A program made the position numbers and the translations under genes. The notes beneath the pieces are model-generated. The model had not been told where the DNA came from. It worked only from the letters and a program-made list of their open reading frames with translations, and ran no database searches. This document shows, in pieces, positions 49,998 to 58,960 of a stretch of DNA of 61,035 nucleotides. The stretch comes from Candidatus Goldiibacteriota bacterium (GTDB taxonomy: Bacteria; Oederibacteriota; JAAXVQ01): contig JAGVPM010000123.1 in NCBI GenBank assembly GCA_020052235.1, positions 1-61,035 of the forward strand, written 5' to 3'. The number at the start of each line of letters is the position of its first letter. Position 1 is the first letter of the stretch.

Positions 49998-51407
49998 TTA
50001 TCGCCCTGCTCCCATGCGGTTGATCACTGTGTCCAGCATGCTGTCCATGGTGGAAATCACCCGTATCGCCGCCTGATATCCGTCCTGAAATTTCATCATA
50101 TTCGTCATTTCTTCGTCCAAATTCACACCGGAAACCGAATCGCGCTGCGCTTCCAAACTCTGAACCAGCGCCTTTTGCGTATCATTGCTCATCTCATTGT
50201 GCTGGCTGTCCAAGCCGACCTGCGCCACGATGTTCTCGTAATATTCTCCAAAGGTTTGCGTTCCGGCAGCCATGGGTTTCGCTTGCTGAAGCAGCGCAAT
50301 AGCCAGCGCATTGGACCCGTCCCCGGGTGCGGACGGATTGGAAGCGGCCGCCGACAACGTCGGTGTCGTGACCAGCGTGGTATTGACCTGGATATCATTG
50401 CTGCCCGTGCCCGTGAAAAAATTAATGCCCGTGGGCGCCGCCCCGTTCAAGCCATACCCGGCCGCTTGCAGCGGGTTGACGTTGTTCATCAGCCCCTGGG
50501 CCAAATCATCCAGTGCCTGGCGGTAAACCGGAATATTGGTATCCCGGATATCCGTCAGCCCCTTGATTTCACCCCCGGTGACCGAGGCTATGGAACCATC
50601 GTCGCTCCAGGTAATTTGCGCGTAATTGCTGTTGAGCGGATCGTCAACTACTGTCAGGGGCACAAAGGTGGCATCTTGGACCAGCGTATGGCCGCTGATG
50701 GTGATATCATACAAACCATTGGGCATTACGTGGCCTTCGTAATTGGTGAGTTTGGCCAAGTCCCCCAATAAGGCATCGCGTTTGTCAAACAAGTCATTCG
50801 GCTGCGTTTCCACACCCAAGGACTGATTGATTTGCACATTAATATCCCGCAGCTGCTCGCCCAATTGATTGATTTTATCCACCCGGGACCTAATATCTTC
50901 GTCCGCGCTTTTTTGGAGCGACTGCAGTTCGGTATCCTTGGTATTCATCAGCCGGGTCAGGCGCTGGGCCGTTCCAATCACGCTGTTGCGCACAGCCACA
51001 TCTTCCGGGTGGGTTGAGAGTTCCTGCCACCCGGCCCAGAAATCACTCAAAGCCTTGCCTACGGATTCATCCGAAGGCTCATGAATCAAAGCCTCGATGC
51101 GGGTGAAGGCGTCCAATTTCACATCGGTTTCGCCTTTGGTGGCAGTCTCATTATGAATTTGTTTTTCCAAAATCATGTCCCGGGCGCGCGAAACATAATC
51201 CACTTTAACGCCGGTTCCCAATTGCGTGGGAATTTGCAAGCGGTTGCTCATGGGTAAAAACGGGTCCGTTGCCGCCAAGGTGATAAGTTGGCGCGAATAT
51301 CCGGGCGTGTTGGCATTGCTGATGTTGTGGGCCGTGGTATGCAGGGCCAACTGATTGGTAAGCAATGCCCGTTTGCCGATTTCCAATCCAAAAAACGTTG
51401 AGTACAC
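49998..51407 (-). CDS. flgK: Hook-filament junction protein FlgK
   Basis: N-terminus is GLEIGKRALLTNQLALHTTAHNISNANTPGYSRQ. C-terminus is VNLDEEMTNMMKFQDGYQAAIRVISTMDSML. Confidence 0.95.
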   Translation of the reverse strand: MYSTFFGLEIGKRALLTNQLALHTTAHNISNANTPGYSRQLITLAATDPFLPMSNRLQIPTQLGTGVKVDYVSRARDMILEKQIHNETATKGETDVKLDAFTRIEALIHEPSDESVGKALSDFWAGWQELSTHPEDVAVRNSVIGTAQRLTRLMNTKDTELQSLQKSADEDIRSRVDKINQLGEQLRDINVQINQSLGVETQPNDLFDKRDALLGDLAKLTNYEGHVMPNGLYDITISGHTLVQDATFVPLTVVDDPLNSNYAQITWSDDGSIASVTGGEIKGLTDIRDTNIPVYRQALDDLAQGLMNNVNPLQAAGYGLNGAAPTGINFFTGTGSNDIQVNTTLVTTPTLSAAASNPSAPGDGSNALAIALLQQAKPMAAGTQTFGEYYENIVAQVGLDSQHNEMSNDTQKALVQSLEAQRDSVSGVNLDEEMTNMMKFQDGYQAAIRVISTMDSMLDTVINRMGAGR

Positions 51408-51423
51408 GGCTTGCTCCTCTTCT

Positions 51424-51930
51424 TTACAAGGCTTGGTTCACCACATGATAGTAGCTTTTCTGCGTCCTGCCGCCCTGCGCGTCATACATCGGCGCCGCGC
51501 CTTCCGGAGTCACCAGGTATTGAATCAGCCAGCTCACGAACTGCTGCGAGTGGCTTATCAATTTCCGGATGGCTTCATGTTCCTGTTTAACCCGCAGCAT
51601 GCTCTGCTGCAGGCCCTGAATCTGCGCCCGGTAGGCATTGGTCCAAGCCGCCGGCACCACTTGCAGCAGCCGCGCGGACGTCAGTTCGGATTCGGGAATT
51701 TCCAGTTGCCGGCTGATATCGCGGATCAATGCCTGGCGCTCCTGCTCCCAATTCTGAAACTCCACCATGGCGCGTTCCTGTTCAATCACAATTTCGCCGA
51801 TTTTTTGTATTTCTTCCTTGGTCACCGCGGTCCGCTGTTTCTGCGCCAGGTCTATGATCAATACGCAGTGTTTGGTCATGGCTTCCATGGTGTTCAGCAA
51901 TTGTTTCCAGACCAGTTCCATAGTCATCAC
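51424..51930 (-). CDS. flgN: FlgN-like export chaperone
   Basis: 168-aa helical protein between flgM and flgK. General FlgN-like pattern (LL..M......L..L...Q..A). Confidence 0.6.
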   Translation of the reverse strand: MMTMELVWKQLLNTMEAMTKHCVLIIDLAQKQRTAVTKEEIQKIGEIVIEQERAMVEFQNWEQERQALIRDISRQLEIPESELTSARLLQVVPAAWTNAYRAQIQGLQQSMLRVKQEHEAIRKLISHSQQFVSWLIQYLVTPEGAAPMYDAQGGRTQKSYYHVVNQAL

Positions 51931-52077
51931 CCCGAAAAATTACGCACGTAATCCATTTTCAACTGTTGCCATTGTCCGGTCACTTCGACAAGCTCAGTGA
52001 CCATGGCCGAATCAATCCAAACACGGTCCTTTCGGTTGCTGAGCCTGTCGAAGCAATCGAAACAACCTGCTAAATGC

Positions 52078-52674
52078 TTAGGTTTCCTGGGCCATGCCGT
52101 TCAGGATTTCCTCGCCGCTGACTTGATATGAGCCGGAATTAACCTGCTCGGACAAAGTCTTCGTCAGCCTGCTCCGTTCCAGTTCCATTGCATGCAACCG
52201 GTCTTTCAGCCGGTTGATGGTGCGCGCTTTGGCGCTCACGGACAGTTTATCCCAATAGGAGGCTTTGCCGTCGCTGTTGGGACTCATGGAAACAACTATT
52301 TCATCCCGGCTGGCTTTTTCAAGCTCTTGCCGGGTAATGACCATGGATTGCCCCACTTCGGAAATTTGCATACTGACCTGCGCTTGCGTTCCAATGGATT
52401 TTAATTTTTCCACCATGGCTTGCATCTGCGACATCACTTCTGCCGGATTGCCGGCCCATACCGTCTTGCGTACCGAGTGGTGCGCGGCTGCTTGGCTCGC
52501 TGATTGTATTTTTGATGTCAGAGACGCCGGGTGAACTGCCGCCCCGGTGTTTTTGTTTTGGGCAGCTTGAGTTCCTCCCTGGGAGGCAGGTGGTGCCGTC
52601 TCTTTTTTAATGCTTGGCGCTGGTTCTTTTTCCCACTTTGGGGACATGTCCGGTTGAATTCTTTCGATGGACAT
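52078..52674 (-). CDS. flgM: Anti-sigma28 factor FlgM (long form)
   Basis: C-terminal KLSVSAKARTINRLKDRL...LSEQVNSGSYQVSGEEILNGM matches the FlgM sigma28-binding region. The N-terminal roughly 120 aa is low complexity. Confidence 0.7.
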   Translation of the reverse strand: MSIERIQPDMSPKWEKEPAPSIKKETAPPASQGGTQAAQNKNTGAAVHPASLTSKIQSASQAAAHHSVRKTVWAGNPAEVMSQMQAMVEKLKSIGTQAQVSMQISEVGQSMVITRQELEKASRDEIVVSMSPNSDGKASYWDKLSVSAKARTINRLKDRLHAMELERSRLTKTLSEQVNSGSYQVSGEEILNGMAQET

Positions 52675-52740
52675 TGCCCGTCCCCCCTTTCTAAAATCAT
52701 AATCCGAATTATTTCCGCCCCTAACGCGGGCCTATACATG

Positions 52741-52767
52741 GTTTCGTATAAAAAACTGAAAAACTTA
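52741..52767 (-). promoter_or_regulatory. Weak sigma28-like candidate promoter upstream of flgM
   Basis: The minus strand reads TAAGTTTT-N11-TACGAAAC, 67 nt upstream of the flgM ATG. Confidence 0.25.
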
Positions 52768-52798
52768 AGTAATATTTTTACTTTCCGACACTTTTAGT

Positions 52799-53140
52799 TC
52801 ATTTTAGGGCTGCTCCATCCGTACCCGGCGAGGCTGAAACCGCCCGCAGCAATTCCTGCCCCAATCCCATGCCTTTTCCCTGGGCTAATTGATCGGCCAC
52901 GGTTTGCCCCACCATTTTCCACATCCATTCTTCCTGTTGGGCTGATACCCTGTTTTTCTCATTAATTTCCATGGATTTTGTCATTTCCGCGAAAAGGCTG
53001 GCCGTAAAATACGCTTCAAAATCGCGGCAGGCTTTATCCAGTTTGGCATTTTCCATTGGTTTGCCTCCGGCCAGAGGTTCTTGCGCCATTAAAAATTGAT
53101 TAAAAACCGGAATAATTCCTTCCATAATTAGTAGAACCAC
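52799..53140 (-). CDS. flgJ: FlgJ-like rod-binding protein (no hydrolase domain)
   Basis: ACRDFEAYFTASLFAEMTKSM resembles the Rod_binding motif. At most 113 aa. GTG start is uncertain; alternative ATG at 53125. Confidence 0.65.
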   Translation of the reverse strand: MVLLIMEGIIPVFNQFLMAQEPLAGGKPMENAKLDKACRDFEAYFTASLFAEMTKSMEINEKNRVSAQQEEWMWKMVGQTVADQLAQGKGMGLGQELLRAVSASPGTDGAALK

Positions 53141-53143
53141 CCT

Positions 53144-54256
53144 TCATCGCGTGATAATCGTCCCGTGCAAGGCCCCAACGGCTTTTAAATTCGATAAAAT
53201 CACGATAATATCCCGGGGCAGCGTCCCCAGGGCATTTAAGGCCCTCACCAATTCCTCAATGCTCGTGCCCTCGGGCAAAACCACCAATTTACCTTTGGCT
53301 TCATCGCCCCGAATGGACAATTGTTCGGCCACAACGGTTTGGCCCATGGTAAACGGCAAAGGCTGCGACACCTTGGTTTCGCCGGCAATGGCAATGTGCA
53401 GGCTGCCGTGCGAAACCGCCACTTTGGAAATACGCACATCGCCGCCGATCACCACGGTTCCGGTCCGCTCGTCAATCACCACGCGGGCGTCATTTTCCTG
53501 CGGCACGGACAGATTTAAAAGATCCGCAATAAAGGCCGCGGGCTTGGCTTGGTACTCGCCCGGCAAGGTTATCACTATCTCCGTGCCGTTTAAGGTCTGC
53601 GCCACATTCGCCCCATATTGTCCCTCAATGCGTTTCAACACTTGATTGGCCAGCACAAAATCCGTCCGGGCCAAGGTCAGGGTAAATTTATTGTCTTTAA
53701 GGAATTCAGAATCCACGGCTTTTTCCACAATTCCGCCGTTTGAGATTATTCCTCCCGTGGTGACGTTCTTCTGAATGGACTGGCTGCTCTGGCCCACATA
53801 ATATCCGCCCACAGAAACCGGTCCCTGCGCCGTGGCATAGATTTGATGATTGCCCGCATACAAGGCCGTCATCATCAGCGTCCCGCCCTGCAGGCTTTTC
53901 GCGTCACCCATGGAAGAAATACTGACATCGAGCTTATCGCCTGAACGGACAAAGGGCATCAAGGTGGCCGTGACCATGACTGCCGCTGAATTTTTGGCCG
54001 CGAAATCTTTTTGCGTCATATCCATGCCGAATTTTTCCAGCATATTGGCCATGGAGCGCAATGTCACGATGGAATTCCGGCTGTCCCCGGTGCCTTGCAA
54101 ACCCACCACCAGGCCGTAGCCGATTACCGCATTTTCCCGCAAGCCCTGAATGTGCGCACAATCCCGCAACCGCACTTCCACGGCGCCAATAGCCTGCGCC
54201 GACCAGCCGCAGACCAGAAACGCCACGGTAAACCTCATCCAATGCCGCATACTCAC
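53144..54256 (-). CDS. flgI: P-ring protein FlgI
   Basis: Signal peptide, VIGYGLVVGLQGTGD, and C-terminal LVRALNALGTLPRDIIVILSNLKAVGALHGTI. Confidence 0.95.
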   Translation of the reverse strand: MSMRHWMRFTVAFLVCGWSAQAIGAVEVRLRDCAHIQGLRENAVIGYGLVVGLQGTGDSRNSIVTLRSMANMLEKFGMDMTQKDFAAKNSAAVMVTATLMPFVRSGDKLDVSISSMGDAKSLQGGTLMMTALYAGNHQIYATAQGPVSVGGYYVGQSSQSIQKNVTTGGIISNGGIVEKAVDSEFLKDNKFTLTLARTDFVLANQVLKRIEGQYGANVAQTLNGTEIVITLPGEYQAKPAAFIADLLNLSVPQENDARVVIDERTGTVVIGGDVRISKVAVSHGSLHIAIAGETKVSQPLPFTMGQTVVAEQLSIRGDEAKGKLVVLPEGTSIEELVRALNALGTLPRDIIVILSNLKAVGALHGTIITR

Positions 54257-54269
54257 TGCCTCCTGCGTA

Positions 54270-54851
54270 TTAAAAAATCCACAGCAATTCCAAAATCCGG
54301 CTCAAGTAACCGGTGCGCGCTTTTTCACCCAGCGCTCCGGTTCCCAAATATTCAATCTGGGAATCCGCCAAGCGGTAGGAAAAAACCTGATTGGACGAAT
54401 CAATGTCCCGCGGGCGCGCCATACCCTTGACGCTGATGCGCTGGCGTCCGCTGTCAAACTCAATTTCCTGCGAACCGGCAAGTTCCAAGCTGCCGTTGGG
54501 CAGAATTTTCTCCACGCGGGCCGTAATCATGGCATTCATTCTTCCGTGGCGCGCCAGGTTGCCTCCGCCTTTTTGCTTGGATGTTAATCCCCCCGAGGCC
54601 GAACCCAGCACGGTGCCTAAGGTTCCGGTGGTGCTGATGCCCATGTTGGTTTCCTTGTTCAAATCCGTGGATGCGCTCTGTTCTCCCTGGGAGGTTTCAG
54701 AAACAATCACCGTAACCAAATCGCCCACCTGATAGTTTTTTTCACTGGTGAACAATCCCGAACCCGCGCTGCTCAAGGATTCGGCCCCAACGGGCACGAG
54801 CCCCAAAAAGACGGCCAATAAACATCCGGACAACCTCAACCACTGTTTCAT
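54270..54851 (-). CDS. flgH: L-ring lipoprotein FlgH
   Basis: Lipobox LSGC, YQVGDLVTVIVSE and ITARVEKILPNGSLELAGSQEI. Confidence 0.9.
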   Translation of the reverse strand: MKQWLRLSGCLLAVFLGLVPVGAESLSSAGSGLFTSEKNYQVGDLVTVIVSETSQGEQSASTDLNKETNMGISTTGTLGTVLGSASGGLTSKQKGGGNLARHGRMNAMITARVEKILPNGSLELAGSQEIEFDSGRQRISVKGMARPRDIDSSNQVFSYRLADSQIEYLGTGALGEKARTGYLSRILELLWIF

Positions 54852-54854
54852 GCT

Positions 54855-55568
54855 TCACCGCCTGCCGGTCAATACCAGCTCCGCCGCTTCCGGCCCTGCC
54901 ACGGACGCGGTTAAAATTTTCCCGCTGGCCGTTAATCTCACTTTAATTCCCCGGCCGATATAGCCTTCTTCCAGCGCCTCGGCGTCGGCATTGATGACCA
55001 CGCCCCGGCCTTGAACCCGCAAGCTGATCTGCCGGCCTTTGGGAATGTCGGGTTCCGCTTCCAAGGCGTGCGCGCTGATCACTTCATTGGTGCACAAATA
55101 TTTTTTGATCCGCTTGTGCTCCAGATCTTTTTCCAGGCGCAGCGTGTCGTTGGGCAACACGGTTTGATCCCGTTCCTCCCAGCGCCAGTCGGCCGCGGTG
55201 AGTGCCTGCCCCCGCGTTAATAAATGATTGGCCACGGGCACGGGGCATAAAAACGCCGCGTGAATTTTCAATATCCCCTGCGCGCCGCTGACCCGGTGCT
55301 GCACGGAAAGCGCCATGATTCTTTTTGCCTTGGCCGCGCCTTGGGCCACGCCGGTAATAACCACCCGCCCGCGCAAGGCTTCAGAATTCCAGCCGGGAGG
55401 AACCGCCAAGACTGACGCCGCCCATCGACCCCCCGGTTGATGGTAGGTTGCGTCCAGCCATTGTGCGGCCAGCTCCTCCCAGCTGCCGATCTCCGAGGCC
55501 GAGGCTGGGCCCGCGGAGATCCCAGGGAAGATGATTAAACTTAAACACATCCAAAAGACGTTTTGCAT
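54855..55568 (-). CDS. flgA: P-ring assembly chaperone FlgA
   Basis: Signal peptide. C-terminus is LRVQGRGVVINADAEALEEGYIGRGIKVRLTASGKILTASV. Located between flgG and flgH. Confidence 0.8.
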   Translation of the reverse strand: MQNVFWMCLSLIIFPGISAGPASASEIGSWEELAAQWLDATYHQPGGRWAASVLAVPPGWNSEALRGRVVITGVAQGAAKAKRIMALSVQHRVSGAQGILKIHAAFLCPVPVANHLLTRGQALTAADWRWEERDQTVLPNDTLRLEKDLEHKRIKKYLCTNEVISAHALEAEPDIPKGRQISLRVQGRGVVINADAEALEEGYIGRGIKVRLTASGKILTASVAGPEAAELVLTGRR

Positions 55569-55596
55569 GATCCTTATGCCCTTTCGCCGATTAATG

Positions 55597-56382
55597 CTAT
55601 CCGTGTTTCAAATTATTGGCCATTTGCATCATCTGATCCGTGGATTGAATGGCCTTGGTATTGATTTCATACGCGCGCTGCGTTTGGATCATATTGACCA
55701 TTTCCTGAACCAAATTCACATTTGAATGCTCCAAACTGCCGCTTGCCAAAGTACCCAAACCTTCCTGCCCGGGTGTGTTCACCATCGGATCTCCAGCCGC
55801 GGGTGTGGCGACAAATAAATTTTGGCCTTCGCTGGAAAGCCCGGCCGGATTCATAAATTTGCATAATTCCAATTGTCCGATCGCGCGCGGCGCCGAATCC
55901 CGCGCGGTTTGCACACTCACGGTCCCGTCAACCCCTATGCTCACACTCTGCGTATCGGCGGGAATTTGGATCTCCGGCGATACCAGGTACCCCTGCGCCG
56001 TGGAAAGCCGGCCTTCGGAGTCCACCCGGAAGGATCCGTCCCGCGTATACGCGGCCGTGCCGTCGGGTTTCATCACTTGAAAAAAACCGTCCCCTTGTAT
56101 GGCCAAATCCAGGGGATTTCCCGTGTTCTCCACCACGCCTTGAGAAAACATCCTGACCGTCGCCGCATTGCGCGAACCCAACCCAACGGATACTTGTCCC
56201 GAATCCGCGCCGGATACATCGGCATTATCTTTCTGAACCTGCTGATAAAAAATGTCCGCGAATTGCGCCCGCGAAGATTTAAACCCCGTGGTATTCACAT
56301 TGGCCAAATTATTGGCAATGGTATCCATGTTCAGTTGTTGTGCGGACATGCCGGTTGCCGAAATCCACAGCGAATTCATCAT
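55597..56382 (-). CDS. flgG: Distal rod protein FlgG
   Basis: LWISATGMSAQQLNMDTIANNLANVNTTGFK and C-terminal LEHSNVNLVQEMVNMIQTQRAYEINTKAIQ. Confidence 0.95.
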   Translation of the reverse strand: MMNSLWISATGMSAQQLNMDTIANNLANVNTTGFKSSRAQFADIFYQQVQKDNADVSGADSGQVSVGLGSRNAATVRMFSQGVVENTGNPLDLAIQGDGFFQVMKPDGTAAYTRDGSFRVDSEGRLSTAQGYLVSPEIQIPADTQSVSIGVDGTVSVQTARDSAPRAIGQLELCKFMNPAGLSSEGQNLFVATPAAGDPMVNTPGQEGLGTLASGSLEHSNVNLVQEMVNMIQTQRAYEINTKAIQSTDQMMQMANNLKHG

Positions 56383-56405
56383 AATCCGTTTCCTCCTAAA
56401 TCCTT

Positions 56406-57095
56406 TTAGGCGTTTCTCCCGATCTGGGTTACTGCATCCCTCAGCGTTTCGTCCTGGCTCAGCATAGCTTTTTGATTGGCCTCATAAAGGCGGGTTATCT
56501 CAATCATATTCACCATGGTCTGGGTGGCGTTCACATTTGACCCTTCCAAAGCGCCCTGTATCACTTGCCCTTCATTGGGGCCCAACGGTTCCAAACCGGA
56601 TCCGTCCTGAGCCGCCATCAAGCTGTTTCCTAAGGGGCGCAGGGGACGGTCTGCCTTGACCAGCAACAAGCGGTCCACGACTTCGCCTTGGACAATAATG
56701 TCCCCGGTTTCGGAAACCGTAAATGCGCCGTTCGGCAGAACAATATCCCCATGCTCCCCTTGCACCGGCCATTGACCGGCGCTGATCAGGCGCCCGTGCT
56801 CATCCAGCCCGAAATTTCCGTTCCGGGTGTATGCCGGGCCCTGAGGAGTTGAAACCACAAACAATTGCTCGCTGCCCAACGCCAGCTGCGTGGGCTCCCC
56901 GGTAATTTGCACGGGTCCGTTTTGCATGTCCATGCCGCCGTGCGTGGTTAAGCGCCCCTCGGCGGTTTTTTCAACTTGCATCAACTGTTGCTTAAATCCC
57001 GTGGTGCTGATATTGGCCAAATTGTTGGAGATCATTTCCTGCATTTTGGCCAAACTGTCCATGCCGGTTGCCGACTGATAAATTCCGTTAATCAT
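56406..57095 (-). CDS. flgF: Proximal rod protein FlgF
   Basis: MINGIYQSATGMDSLAKMQEMISNNLANISTTGFK and C-terminal LEGSNVNATQTMVNMIEITRLYEANQKAM. Confidence 0.9.
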   Translation of the reverse strand: MINGIYQSATGMDSLAKMQEMISNNLANISTTGFKQQLMQVEKTAEGRLTTHGGMDMQNGPVQITGEPTQLALGSEQLFVVSTPQGPAYTRNGNFGLDEHGRLISAGQWPVQGEHGDIVLPNGAFTVSETGDIIVQGEVVDRLLLVKADRPLRPLGNSLMAAQDGSGLEPLGPNEGQVIQGALEGSNVNATQTMVNMIEITRLYEANQKAMLSQDETLRDAVTQIGRNA

Positions 57096-57104
57096 CCCAG
57101 CCTC

Positions 57105-57287
57105 CTAAACCTTGCGTTCCCACTTAAAACTTTTATCTTTGCCGGACCACGGCCAACTTTTTCCCGGCGGGGTTTCTTTTACATCCTGCGCCGGAACTGC
57201 ATGGCTTTTGCTTGCCATTGTCATGGCACTTTGCTTTTGATACCAACTGGTTTTCCAAACTGAATTTTTGTAGGCAAATGATCGCAT
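57105..57287 (-). CDS. Candidate 60-aa basic, Trp/Lys-rich small protein, first ORF of the flgF operon
   Basis: Strong RBS (AAAAAGGAGACGACGCC-ATG). It starts 33 nt downstream of the -24/-12 element and ends 9 nt before flgF. No known motif. Confidence 0.4.
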   Translation of the reverse strand: MRSFAYKNSVWKTSWYQKQSAMTMASKSHAVPAQDVKETPPGKSWPWSGKDKSFKWERKV

Positions 57288-57320
57288 GGCGTCGTCTCCT
57301 TTTTTATCAACCTTTCATAA

Positions 57321-57337
57321 AGCAAAATGCAGGCCAA
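57321..57337 (-). promoter_or_regulatory. Sigma54 (-24/-12) promoter of the flgF operon
   Basis: The minus strand reads TTGGCCT-GCATT-TTGCT, with exact GG-N10-GC spacing, 33 nt upstream of the ATG at 57287. Confidence 0.6.
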
Positions 57338-57437
57338 AACCATCAACTCAGATCAACTAATAATTGTCTTTATTTTTAAGGGTTTTTCACTACAGGCCGC
57401 ATTATAGGTATTAGGTTTCTGTTGCTTACGGAAGTTA

Positions 57438-57478
57438 TTCCATACTTTTTTTTGAATTCTATGGAGCGGGTTCCATAC
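57438..57478. promoter_or_regulatory. Putative enhancer (UAS): TTCCATAC-N13-CTATGGAG-N4-TTCCATAC
   Basis: Same half-site family as 27531-27609 and 39601-39636, 100-150 bp upstream of the -24/-12 element. Confidence 0.45.
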
Positions 57479-57531
57479 TTGGATTGAATAAGGCACATTG
57501 CTGCAAACCGCAGGGTATTGGATTATAACCC

Positions 57532-57560
57532 GTAGGGAACGGTTTAAAACCGTTCCCTAC
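57532..57560. repeat. REP-like palindrome with GTAG...CTAC termini (possible 3' hairpin of the kinase gene)
   Basis: GTAGGGAACGG-tttaaaa-CCGTTCCCTAC. It is flanked by the smaller hairpins CTGC-aaac-CGCAG and CCCTGC-gtaagcggt-GCAGGG. Confidence 0.75.
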
Positions 57561-57615
57561 AAAATTCATCCCTGCGTAAGCGGTGCAGGGTATTAATACG
57601 GCAAAAGGGATTTAA

Positions 57616-58875
57616 TCACGCCTCGAGAGGAAGTTTGATGCGGAATTCAGCGCCTTGACTTGCGGCTGAATTTACTTCAATGCTGCCATTCATTTCTTCC
57701 AACAGGTGTTTTACCAAAAACAAACCCAAACCCGTACCGTCCGTCCGGGTGCTGAAAAAAGGTTCAAAAATCTGCTGTGCATGTTCCGGGGAAATGCCCG
57801 GACCATTATCAGAAAAAGAAAAATCCAACCAGGGAGATTTTTCCGCATGACTGGCCGCCAGGCGCACGGTTCCCCCCTCCGGTAAAAAATTATACGCATT
57901 TAAAAACAGATTGATTAATATTCGCTGTAATTGCTCCTCATCAACATAGATCGCGGGAAGTTCCGGCGAAACTTCCACCTGCAATTCCAATTTATGGCCG
58001 GCATATTTTTTACCAATGAACGTCGCCACGCGCGCAATAACCTCGCTTAGCTTGACGCTTTTCAGCTGAATTTGCACCGGCCGGGCAAAATTCATCAATT
58101 CCTTAATCGTCTGATCCACGGTGCGAACCTTGCCGATCATGGCCGCATACAATTCGCGGTCCGAATGCCCGGCCGGCATTTTTTCGTAAACCAATTGCAG
58201 CGTGGTGCTGATGATGGTCAGGGGATTGCGCATTTCGTGTGCAACGGCCGTGGCGATCTTGCCCACCAAAGCCATTTTCTCCGCCCGTTTGAGATGATTT
58301 TGCGTATTTTGCAGGCGGGTCATCATCATTTCTAAATTGGAATTTTGTTGCCGAAGTTGAAAAATCAAGTAGGCATTTTCAATGGCTTGCGCCATGTACT
58401 CCAGAAAAATTTCCAACCGTTCCTGCCGGTCCTTGCTGTTCTCAAGGAAATGTGCGGCAGCTAAAATTAAACATCCTATGATTTTATTCTGAAGTTGAAT
58501 GGGCAAAATGACTTGCTGGGGAAAACCCGCGCCCAGCGACCGGATTCGGTTCAACGCCCCGGAGGAGTCTTCCTCTTGTCCGGGCGATTCCAAGGCGAGG
58601 GTGCTTTCCGGCTGCATGCGGTAAGCTTCCAAAGCTTCCGCGGAAATATTTTGCACGGCCGCGATTTCCAGCATGCCTGTGAGCTTATTGGCCAAAAGCA
58701 AGGCTGCGCCGCCGGCCTGAAACATCCGGCAAGCCTGACGCAGTATGGTGGTGGTCATGGGTCCGAATTCTTTTTCGGTGTTAATCTCTAGAAACGCCCG
58801 GCGCAAATTCAACCAAGCAGGGTCGCTTGTGGTTTTTAGTACCGACTTCTCACGATACTTGCCGGCTACGGCCAT
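57616..58875 (-). CDS. Soluble GAF-domain sensor histidine kinase (FlgS-like candidate)
   Basis: No TM segment. N-terminal GAF-like region, H-box KIATAVAHEMRNPLTIISTTLQL, N box NLFLNAYNF, and G boxes DNGPGI / GTGLGL. Confidence 0.85.
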   Translation of the reverse strand: MAVAGKYREKSVLKTTSDPAWLNLRRAFLEINTEKEFGPMTTTILRQACRMFQAGGAALLLANKLTGMLEIAAVQNISAEALEAYRMQPESTLALESPGQEEDSSGALNRIRSLGAGFPQQVILPIQLQNKIIGCLILAAAHFLENSKDRQERLEIFLEYMAQAIENAYLIFQLRQQNSNLEMMMTRLQNTQNHLKRAEKMALVGKIATAVAHEMRNPLTIISTTLQLVYEKMPAGHSDRELYAAMIGKVRTVDQTIKELMNFARPVQIQLKSVKLSEVIARVATFIGKKYAGHKLELQVEVSPELPAIYVDEEQLQRILINLFLNAYNFLPEGGTVRLAASHAEKSPWLDFSFSDNGPGISPEHAQQIFEPFFSTRTDGTGLGLFLVKHLLEEMNGSIEVNSAASQGAEFRIKLPLEA

Positions 58876-58895
58876 GATCCCGCCCCTTTTAGCGC

Positions 58896-58911
58896 GAGCA
58901 ATTAATTGCTC
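58896..58911. promoter_or_regulatory. Perfect 16-bp palindrome upstream of the kinase gene (possible operator)
   Basis: GAGCAATTAATTGCTC, 21 nt upstream of the ATG at 58875 and downstream of the wHTH-like gene. Confidence 0.25.
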
Positions 58912-58960
58912 AAGCTAAAACTTCTGATGAGAGGAGTATCGGCCTGGGAAAGAATAAAAT

